Below, piece after piece: positions 24,750-34,940 of a stretch of 64,000 bases of DNA; positions within the stretch are counted from its first letter, which is position 1, and every line of letters begins with the position of its first letter. Position numbers and translations under genes: made by a program. Origin of the DNA: Octopus sinensis (taxonomy: Eukaryota); the NCBI RefSeq assembly GCF_006345805.1, contig NW_021824835.1, forward strand, positions 1 through 64,000, given 5' to 3'. The notes under the pieces are model-generated. The model ran no database searches and was not told the origin of the DNA. It saw only the letters and a program-made list of their open reading frames with translations.

Positions 24750-25521
24750 ACATACAGGGCGAAGTCACTAGATATGTAAGTAAGTCATCTAATCACCCCG
24801 CGAATATACTAAAATCATTAGTTAAAAATATTTCTCAAAGAATTTCAAAATTATCATCAAATAGTGAAATCTTTAACTCTCACTCTAACCATTACAATAT
24901 CGCATTATCCAAGGCTGGATATGACCAGGAAATTACCTTCCTTGATATGGATAGCTCAAATCTCCTAAATAATATAGTGAATGGAAATGACGTAAGTAAT
25001 ATAAACTCTCATACCCTACATAAACATGAATTAATAGAGAAAAAGAACCTAGTGTATAAACCTAATTATAGGAATAAAAATAGTGAACAGACCATAAATA
25101 AATATAAAAATGCTAACCTAGATAAGCCCGATAGGCATAAAAATAGTACTAAAAGGAATAATAATTCTCGTACGAATACTGATAACACTAATCCTTCCCA
25201 CTCTTACTTAAACAAAAAATATAAAAGAGAAAATATCATTTGGCTAAATATCCCCTTTAATTGATCGATCTCGATGAATGTGTACAGTAGATTTAAATCT
25301 ATACCGGAAAAAATTTCCCAGCCTCCCATAAATATCATAAAAAATAATTTGTAGGAGATCAGTAAGAAGTTCATATTCCACTCTCCCAAACATAGCTACC
25401 ATAATAGCTAGACTTAATAGTAAAAACATTAAGTTAGCCAGGAGTAGAATGAATAGTAACAGCAATGATAGTAATAATAATTGTAATAATAGCATTAACA
25501 ATTGTAATAATAATAATAATG

Positions 25522-25569
<48 letters not shown>

Positions 25570-26281
25570 GTAATAATAAAAATAATATTAATAATGATGA
25601 TGACAATAATAATAATAATAAATATAATAACAACATTGATGTAAATAGTAATAATAACAATACCAATAATATAGGTAGTATAGATAAAAGTATGGTAGGT
25701 GATGATGGTGAGGATGGATTAATAACTAGTAACCCTAATTTGCATAACAACGTGATTACTAATAATGAAAGTAATACTAATACTAATAATAATTTAAATA
25801 ACAGAAATGTAAGTGAACTGTCCTTATATAATTCCAGTACCGAACACTATCCCCCCAGTTGTAATTGTAGGATTAGATCAAAATGTCCGGTATCTCGTCG
25901 TTGTTCGGTCCAAAACGTAATTAATAATGCGCGATAATAACTTCAAACAATTGCTTTCTTTATTTCAGATGTTCGGTGGATCTTAAAAGATGTCTTAGCA
26001 ATCATTTTTCCTCTTTTAGGCTCAAACATAAGGCAGGTTGCACAACACTATCTAGCAAAATTTGGGAACTAAAAACAAATAATATAGAATTCAACCTAAA
26101 ATGGGATATAGTTAGAAGGGCGCAACCTTATAGAAATAGTAGGGATGGTTGTCAACTTTGTTCGATGGAAACTTATGAAATTTTAAAACATCAGAGTAAT
26201 ACAAATCTGTTGAATAATCGTCTGGAGTTGGGAGCATCTTGTATACATTGCACAACCCGAACGTTTAAATACTTTAAATAA
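24750..26281 (+). pseudogene. Penelope-like element (Neptune-type) ORF, 5'-truncated: RT thumb, linker, Cys-rich motif, GIY-YIG endonuclease; frameshifted
   Basis: RYVSKSSNHPANILKSLVKNISQRISKLSSNSEIFN..YNIALSKAGY; ENIIWLNIPFN; SYSTLPNIATII; CNCRIRSKCPVSRRC; KRCLSNHFSSFR..TTLSSKIWELK..KWDIV..CQLCSME..LLNNRLEL. All match PLE post-RT and GIY-YIG motifs. Confidence 0.85.
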
Positions 26282-26985
26282 TAATTTTGTGAGTATTCCT
26301 ATATTTTTCAAATTTTAATTCTTTATAATCAAATAAGAAGAAATATACTATACTAGCTTTCAATTTAACATTCATAGATGACTAAAAAAAACTTCACGGC
26401 AAACTTGAAATTGGAATTTTTTTCTAAATTTAATCTAGCTTTAAAGTTAATAAGGTTTTCCCCCACTTAAAAAATACTATGCCTACTCATAATAATAAGT
26501 GATAGGTTTTTTTCCACTTTCTTTCTCTAAATTACACTCTCTGTGAATGGGATTAGGACCTTTTGACATTGACCTAGTTTCTCTCACCAAATAGCAGTAA
26601 TTAACATTTATTAGTGGCAATTGCTGTCTTCAACATGAATTCCTTTTATGGAGTTCTGAAACCTCATTTACCCCATTTCTACAATTAAAAAATTCTTTAT
26701 TGCTTCTAACCTTACAGCAGTTAGGAACAGCCATATCTTAGTCAGTCAGTGGAAGGACTTCACTACCTCATATGTTCTTAAAATTTAAATCTACATCTTT
26801 GTCTGTATATCTACCTTCTCTATAATGTTGCCACTTGATTTGAAAATTTTTGTATTAATGGAAAACCTCTATAATTGGCTGATGAGTACTCAGCATCTTA
26901 AATCTGTTGTAATACTTACAATATTTAATAAAATGATGTAGTACGAAATCGTACCAAATTGCCGGAGTCATTCTTGTTGCTTATT
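26282..26985 (+). mobile_element. PLE 3' untranslated/terminal region
   Basis: AT-rich continuation after the GIY-YIG stop, containing a hammerhead fold and ending at (TA)n. Confidence 0.65.
26873..26960 (+). ncRNA. Type-I hammerhead-like motif with long stem II
   Basis: Stem I TTGG/CCAA; canonical CTGATGA; stem II GTACT/AGTAC, GCATC/GATGT, TTAAAT/ATTTAA, TTGTAA/TTACAA; GAAA-TC-GTA (position 15.2 is T rather than C). Confidence 0.65.
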
Positions 26986-27042
26986 TTGATATATATATAT
27001 ATATATAATATATATATATATATATTATATATATATATATAT

Positions 27043-27229
27043 AATTATAATTTAGTGTATCTAAGAGACTCTACCACGAAGGAAATAGCTGCCAAATCTT
27101 GACTCTAAAACCACATCAAATGTTCATATAGCTCCTGGTGCTGTATGAACATTTAATGTGATTTTAGAGTCAAGTTTTGGCTGCTATTTCCAGCGTGGTA
27201 GTGTCTCTTAGATATCCTAAATTATAATT
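27043..27229. repeat. Foldback element, arms of about 90 bp, 7-nt loop
   Basis: 27043-27132 is the imperfect reverse complement of 27140-27229. Confidence 0.9.
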
Positions 27230-27314
27230 TTAATAATAATTATTACCTTTGAAGGTTTATATTCCCATGCTGGTCACTTGATAAAATCGATATTTAAATT
27301 AACGTTCTTATCCT

Positions 27315-27356
<42 letters not shown>

Positions 27357-27386
27357 CAGAGAGAGACAGAGAGAGAGACAGAGAGA

Positions 27387-27585
27387 CAGTAATCACTCGC
27401 CATATCGCGGTTCACGTATCGCAGTTTATTATTTAAGCTTACGTCGATTCCTCCGTGGAAAAATATACAAATTATAAAAGTAATTTTCAAAAATATAGAG
27501 TACAGTGCTGTTTCTACTTCGCGGGTTTTCCCCTATCGCGGGGTGGTTTTTGAACGTAACACCCGCGATAGGCGAGCGATTACTG
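27387..27585. mobile_element. MITE with Tc1/mariner (pogo/Tigger)-like TIRs
   Basis: CAGTAATCACTCGCCATATCGCGG .. CCGCGATAGGCGAGCGATTACTG. The expected TA TSD is not preserved. Confidence 0.7.
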
Positions 27586-27586
27586 A

Positions 27587-27638
<52 letters not shown>

Positions 27639-27642
<4 letters not shown>

Positions 27643-27932
27643 AAAATTTTTTATAATTATGAGTATAATTATAATTAGGGTTCAGCAAAAATTTGCTTCA
27701 CCACATACGGAAATTAGAAATAGCAGTTAAAACGAACTATTTCACTACCATAAGAAAATCTCCCAGACAACAATACTCAGGTGGGTTGTTGAGTATTGTT
27801 ATCTGGGAGATGTTGTTATGGTAGTGAAATAGTTCGTTTTAACTGCTATTTCTAAATTTCCGTATGTGGTGAAGCAAATCTTCTGCTGAACCCTAATTAA
27901 AATTGTACTCATAATTATAAAAAAATTCGTTT
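27639..27932. repeat. Foldback element, arms of about 141 bp, 10-nt loop
   Basis: 27639-27779 is the near-perfect reverse complement of 27790-27932. Confidence 0.92.
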
Positions 27933-28203
27933 AAGTTTATCGATGATGGTTCTTTTAACATACCGAACTACTTGGTAAAATTATTAATTATTAATTAACT
28001 AATTAATTAATTTTACCATTTATTATTATTGATATATATATATATATACATATATATATATGATACGATGGCACGTATGCTTACATACGTGTATGAATGT
28101 CTATATACGCATATACCAGCTTTATCTATTCTTCTTACCCATCAAGTCAACGACTACACCGGGGTGTATAAGTATATTCAGAGGTATAGGTTCATACGTT
28201 TAT

Positions 28204-28274
<71 letters not shown>

Positions 28275-28484
28275 TTTGAGTGACACGAAGCTGAAAGAGT
28301 TTCTTTTTCCCACCCACCCACAACTGGCGGGGGTGGGTGGGGCTGTATCACTTAATTCCGCACCGTTGATCAGTCACACACCAATTCCCTACAGACCTGT
28401 TGAAGACAAGCTAGTAAGGGTTCCTCCGTCTGGTTAGGTTGCAAGAAACAGCAGCCAAATCTCCTTCACTTTGTCTCTTTATTT

Positions 28485-28692
28485 TTTATCTTCTTCGTGG
28501 TTCAGTCATTAGACTGCGGCCATGCTAGGACACTGCTTTGAAGGTAAATAGTCAAACGGATCAACCCCGGCAATTATTATTTTTTAAAGCCTGGTAGTTA
28601 TTCTATCGGTCTCTTTCGTCGAATCGCTACGTTTCGGGAACATAAACACACCACCACCGGTTGTCAAGCGGTGGAGGGGGTCAAATACAGAC
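28485..28692 (-). mobile_element. SINE family B, 3' half
   Basis: CAGTCATTAGACTGCGGCCATGCT..TTCTATCGGTCTC..GTTGTCAAGCG. Confidence 0.75.
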
Positions 28693-29267
28693 GCAATAAA
28701 TTTTCATAACGCACTCGACACTGGTGTTTCGATGTGTTAACTCTCGTCAGGCAGAAGCACCCTCAAACTCTTTGTGTTTTAATAAGAGAAAATGGCTTTT
28801 GTTTATAATTTCAACGAAAAAGACCTTTTGCTGATCAGTGCTGAAATCTGCCAAGCGAAAATATATCATTATTTGTACTGTGAACAGCGAGACTCGAAAC
28901 CGTGTTGTGCATATTTATTCCTAATTCGTACCGATTAATACTTTCACATCGATGTGGAGATACAGATATTTTGTTTCTAGAGATCTTCTAATACGGCAAA
29001 GATTACGGACAAAACGGAAGCCGGTTTCGGTTGCATTTATTCATCACCAGTCTTATGTTCAAATACCATGAAAATGTATTTTCCTGAATTAAAAAAAAAA
29101 ATACATGGCTGTGTGCTTAAGAGACTCGCTTTACGACTACGTGGTTTTAGGGTCTGTTTTACTGTACGACACTTCGGCTAAATATCTTCAACTAATGCCC
29201 CATGACGACCAATTTCGACAGAAACTGTGAGGAAGCCTGTTGTATATATCTTTATACATATATGTTA

Positions 29268-29670
29268 AGGCGCAGGAGTGGCTGTGTGGTAAGTAGCTTG
29301 TTTACCAACCACATGGTTCCGGGTTCAGTCGCACTGCGCGGCACCTTGGGCAGGTGTCTTCTACTATGGCCTCGGGCCGACCAAAGCCTTGTGAGTGGAT
29401 TTGGCAGACGGAAACTGAAAGAAGCCTGTCGTATATATATATATATATATATACATATATGTTTGCGTGTCTGTGTTTGTCCCCTACCACCATCGCTTCA
29501 CAAACTATGCTGGTGTGTTTACGTCCTCGTAACTTAGCGATTCGGCTTAAGTGACCGATAGAATAAGTAGTAGACCTATAGAGAATAAGTCCTGGGGTTG
29601 AATTGCTCGACTAAACGCGGTGCTCCAGCATGGTCGCAATCAAATAACTGAAACAAATAAAAGAATAAAG
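29268..29670 (+). mobile_element. SINE family B, full length
   Basis: AGGCGCAGGAGTGGCTGTGTGGTAAG, GGGTTCAGTC, GGCACCTTGGGCAGGTGTC, internal (TA)n, tail. Confidence 0.9.
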
Positions 29671-29956
29671 GAATAAAAATTATCTATATATGTGTGCGTC
29701 TTTGTATTTGTTTCCCGCTACAGCACTTGGCAACCGTTGTTGGTTTGTTCGCGTTTCCGGAACTTGGCTGTTCGGCAAAACTGACTGATAAAATATTGCT
29801 CACATTAGATTTTGACTTCTGTTGATGTGATACGTACTTTAAAATCTAAATAACTAAAATCACATTCTACAACTTTTAACTGTATGATTGGAACTGCGAA
29901 GTGAAAAATCACCCTACCACAACATACACGAAGGCTACATAAGATGCGTGTGTATA

Positions 29957-30193
29957 AGGCGGCGAGCTGGCAGAAACGTCAGCGCGCCGGGCGAAATGCT
30001 TAGCGGTATTTCGTCTGTTGTTACGTTCTGAGTTCAAATTCCACCGAGATCGACTTTGCCTTTCATCCTTTCGGGGTCGATAAATAAAGTACCAGTTTCA
30101 CACTGAGGTCGATGTAATCTACCTAATCCCTTTGTCTGTCCTTGTTTGTCCCCTCTGTGTTTAGCCCCTTGTGGGTAGTAAAGAAATAGGTAT
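29957..30193 (+). mobile_element. SINE family A monomer with tail 2
   Basis: AGGCGGCGAGCTGGCAGAAAC..GAGTTCAAATTCC..central domain..CCCTTTGTCTGTCCTTGTTTGTCCCC..GTAAAGAAATAGG. Confidence 0.9.
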
Positions 30194-31108
30194 GTGTGTG
30201 TACGTACCCACACACACACGTACATACAAAGATGTATGTAAATGCTTATGTATAATATATATTTGTATTTATGAACATGCAGATATATATATGTGTGTGT
30301 GTACGTCATGTATATATATATATATATATCTGTGTGTATAACACATTAATAAGTATGTATACATACACACGAAACTAAATGTACCAGTTTATGGCAGTAA
30401 TGTAGTGGCAGTAATTTAGTCGCTGAGGGGGGAAATGGGTAGAGGAGAAGGAGGAGAAGGTTGTGATAAAGAAGAAGAGATTAGGATGTTGGTGGGGCGG
30501 GTAGGTGACTCGAATCTGAGAGGAGTAGAACGTTAGTGGAACGAGGGCGATTGTGGGTTGTGTGGCTGTCGGGGGGTGCAAGGGGAAAATTGGATGGCGA
30601 TGGCAAATTGCTGAAGTAAGGAACAGCTAATCTGGCGGAAATCGGTAGGTACGCATGATTTCTCCACACAGGAAGCTGTAACATGAAGCTCCATGCTTAA
30701 GTTGAACCAACGTACAGGAAGAACTGGCTTATACTCCAGGTGGGATCAGAGTAAACACTATTTCAGCATATTTAGCTTTTGTTTTTCATTTTTATTTTGC
30801 TTATTTGTTTGTTTGTTTTTCCTTCTTATTTTTTGTCCTTGGTGAGCAAGGTTTATTTATTTGTTTTGTCTTGCTTGTTTTTTTCTTTGGCGGTGGTAGT
30901 GGTGGTGAGTGCCATGCCGTAGATTTGAAACTCAGCTATATTTCTGTCTCTCCCTATTCCACCTGCCTTGTTACTTTCCTTATATATATATGTGTGTGTG
31001 TGTCTGTGTGTCTGTGTGTACGCTTGTATATATATGTATGTATGTATGTATGCTTGTATATGTATGTATGTATGCTTGTATATGTATGTATATATGTTTG
31101 TATGTATG

Positions 31109-31186
<78 letters not shown>

Positions 31187-31607
31187 TGTGTGTGTGCGTG
31201 TGTGTGTGTGTACGTATATCTATGTAAGTATATTTACGTATATTTACTTATGTAGATTTTAACTGAACTTCTAGGTCCTAGACAGATGTAAACTCCTTGT
31301 CTTAATACAGAATATCTTTGAGAAGAGAAAAAGTGAGATCAGCCGGACTAGTTTCTGTCCTGTATTGAGATTTCATTAGTCAACGTGTACACGCTTTTTA
31401 TTTAAAAAATACATTCACAAACCTGTGAAAAGACAGAAATCGAAGGTGATAGCCTCGGAACATTTAACGAGTACTGTAAAAATTTGAAATGTCGGCTGTG
31501 AATTAATTTGGCGTTAGTTGGCAGTTTGTTGTAGATTGGATTTTGGTAGTGGTGGTAATAATTAATATTGATATTAATAATGTTAATAATTATGTTGATA
31601 ATTATTA

Positions 31608-32129
31608 TTCTTAGCGTCTATAAGAAATAAAACTCGTGGAGACGTTGCGTGGAAAAATAGAATAAAAACTATTAATGAAAAAGGCTAAAAGGAATTTATT
31701 TATGAAATACGGGAATTATCTAAATTTCATGAATCAAATAAAATTTATAAAAATAGTAAAAATAGTATATTAAGTATTACTTGTTCAACAACACCACCCG
31801 GACCCTACAACAAGCCGTACGCGATTATAAATATATTTATAATAATATTTAATAATATAATAATTATAGTAATATTTATATTAATAATATAGTATTATAA
31901 TAATATTTATAATCGCGTACGGCTTGTTGTAGGGTCCGGGTTGTGTTGTTGAACAAGTAATACTTAATATACTATTTTTACTATTTTTATTAATTTTATT
32001 TGATTCAGGAAGTTTAGATAATTCCCGTATTTCATAAATAAATTCCTTTTAGCCTTTTTCATTAATAGTTTTTATTCTATTTTTCCACGCAACGTCTCCA
32101 CGAGTTTTATTTCTTATAGACGCTAAGAA
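31608..32129. repeat. Long foldback: 227-bp arms (31608-31834, 31903-32129), 68-bp AT spacer
   Basis: About four mismatches between the arms by eye. The right arm continues into unique AT-rich sequence. Confidence 0.95.
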
Positions 32130-33410
32130 CTATTCTTTACGTTTATAATCTAGCGATATCTTCTCAACTAACTTAGCAACGTTCTTTTCTCCTTTTCGTT
32201 TGGATTTTGTATTATTTTGGGATTAATGTTTTAATTTTGTTATTGATATATTAAAAGGTGCCTGTTAGTTTTAGTTGGGTATCTTCATATTAGTTTTTCC
32301 ATAAATTGTGCTTTTTTCTCACATTTCTTTAGCTCATGAGGCTTTAATATTTTTCGTTTTTTCGTATTTTTCATTGATAAAAAATTTTGACACTTTCATT
32401 GAGTATTTATACTATTTCGTTGCACTGCGTTGATAGGTTTTCTTACTTTCCATTAACATATTTTTCCCACTATTATATTTTTATATATATATTGATAGGT
32501 ATAAGTTACGATAGATATTGATTCCTATATATTTTTTTAATATATATATATATACCAATTAAGGACTGCACACGAAAAGTGGACAGTCAACATGCTAGAT
32601 ATAGACGTCAAATCGCCATTCTCCATAAAAAAAGTTTATGTTCTCAGATCAAACTCAACAAATTATATATATATATATATATATAAAGTGATCTAACGAT
32701 TAATATTTTCTTTAATTTAAGAATTAATTTCGTCAGAAAATATAAGCTACCTAATAAGTGCCTTATTTACTTGTAATTTTAAATTTTAAGTTAATTAGGT
32801 ATTATATTATTTGATATTTAGTCAACTTTGTTATAGATTCTTATATTAAATCTATAGATACTACACATGTTTATTTATTATATAGTTAGCTTATTTAAGG
32901 AGTTTGTCTATATTCGAACCATTTCTTATTTTGATTACAATTCAATGACTTGTACTAGCTTTGTGTATTTTATTTAATTTTAAAGTATTTAATATTTTAA
33001 GTATTGTTTTAGTTTTCACTTATGTATATTTAGTATTTTCATATATATATATATATATTAAAGTATATCTATTAATTGATTATTTTATTGTTCTAGTTTA
33101 TTTTTAACCTGATGAGTGACTATATTTATATCAAAGTGATTTCTCTACTACTATAATCATTTTTTAAATGTAGCCACGAAACACGTGTCGTTATTCTACA
33201 AATTATATACGTTATTTTTTTTTTCCAATTTACTTAATCATTGACATTTTATTGTTATTTTAATTATAATATTTCTATTATATGTAATTTTCTAGATGGT
33301 GTAATTTAATTGTTCATTTTGAATTGATAAAAGGTGGATTTTTTCGAATTTTATTGTGTGAAATTTGATTTAGTATTTCTAAATTGAATTTTTTTCCCTG
33401 AAACAATGAT
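32130..33410. mobile_element. AT-rich PLE-like remnant ending in a terminal region with a hammerhead
   Basis: Contains a canonical hammerhead at 33105-33193 and a terminal sequence shared with 2661-2800. A decayed Lys-rich reading frame lies on the minus strand. Confidence 0.5.
33105..33193 (+). ncRNA. Minimal type-I hammerhead ribozyme, canonical core
   Basis: Stem I TAAC/GTTA; CTGATGA (33109-33115); stem II GTGACTA/TAGCCAC; GAAAC (33178-33182); palindromic ACACGTGT stem III; GTC cleavage triplet (33187-33189). Confidence 0.8.
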
Positions 33411-33453
<43 letters not shown>

Positions 33454-34401
33454 ATATATTTATGCGAATCGATTAACGTTTCTGCCAGCTCACCTTATAT
33501 ATATATACATATATACATACATACATACATACGTATGTACGTACATACGTATGTACGTACATACGTATATATTACTGTATTTAAACGTGTATGTATTTAT
33601 ATTCAACTTGTTCGAGAACACTCTAACTTAGAATTATCTCCGCTACGGTGGCAGTCTTGGAAGAGAATTTCTTCTCGATAATCAGTGTATAATTACATCG
33701 ATATAGACTAAAAATTTTGCCATCAGACTGTAAAACACGTCTTTGAGTTATAGATGCAAAATCTGTTGCTCACAGCTCACGAAGAGCAACCGTTATTTTA
33801 CGTAGACAAAAAATAATAAATATTCTAACGTATGCAAAGCTTTATCAAGCTGAACATACGCCATATTTCGAGCATCCTTAGACCTGGTGGAGCCATTTCT
33901 AGGCGAGAGTGAAACATATAAAATAAGTTCAAAAGAAAAAGGAAAATCGCCCTTGAATATAACTGGTACTTTAATCACTGACCCCGAAAAAAACAAAGTT
34001 GATCTAGGCGTAGATTGAACTCAGAGCCCGGAAGCCAGAAAGATTGCTGCAAGGCGATTTCTCTGACTTTCTAAAGACTGAAGATTGGTTTCGTACATAC
34101 AAACATACACGTACATACATATATACTCGTACACATACATACGTACGTACATAAACATACACACGTACATGCATACATACGTACATACACAGACATGTCT
34201 ACATACACACACACATACTTACGTACATACATATATAAATGCATACATACATACAATATATACACGCATACATACCATACATATATACATATATAGATAT
34301 GTATACACACATACATACATGAAGAAATGCACACATACAAACAATATATACATATAAACATATATATATATATACATACGTACAATACATATGTACGTAT
34401 A

Positions 34402-34816
34402 TAGGGGTGGCAGTGTGGTAAGGAGAGTGCTTTCCAACAACATGGTTCCGGGTTCAGTTACTCTGCGTGGCACCTTAGGCAAGTGTCTTATACTATAGCT
34501 TCGGATCGACTAAAGCCTTGTGAGTGGATTTGATAGACGGACACTGAAATAAGCCGCTCGTATGTACGTATATATATATATATGTATGCGTATGTATATG
34601 TTTGTTTGTGTTTGTCCCCCCAACCATCGCTTGACGACAGATGTTGCTGTGTTTACATCTCCGTAACTCAGCGGTTCGGCAAAATAGAACGATAGAATAA
34701 GTACTAGGCTTACAAAGAATAAGTCTTGAGGTCGATTTGTTCGACTAAAGGTGGTGCTCCAGCATGGTCGCAGTCAAATGACTGAAACAAGTAAAAAAAT
34801 AAAAGAGTAAAAGAAT
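34402..34816 (+). mobile_element. SINE family B, full length
   Basis: Head, GGGTTCAG, GGCACCTTAGGCAAGTGTC, internal TA tract, tail CAGTCAAATGACTGAAACAAGTAAAA. Confidence 0.88.
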
Positions 34817-34940
34817 ATATATTATATATACACACACATACATATACATACATATATTGATGCATACATAGAATATATACATATACATATAATATATACG
34901 TACAATACATATACATATGTATGTATGTGTATATATATAT

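Noticed and set aside
25244-25750. 168-aa Leu-rich minus-strand ORF
   Set aside because: It is the antisense reading of the (AAT)n Asn linker.
27715-27733. TAGAAATAGCAGTTAAAA resembles the synthetic sgRNA scaffold
   Set aside because: Only about 18 nt with an indel, the flanks do not match, and it is part of a genomic foldback; coincidence.
27935-27990. CGATGATGGT..ACCGAACTACTT as a hammerhead
   Set aside because: Both core strands would need restored bases; too decayed to call as a feature.
30400-30780. GC-richer segment as a PLE GIY-YIG end or exon
   Set aside because: No diagnostic motif in any frame.
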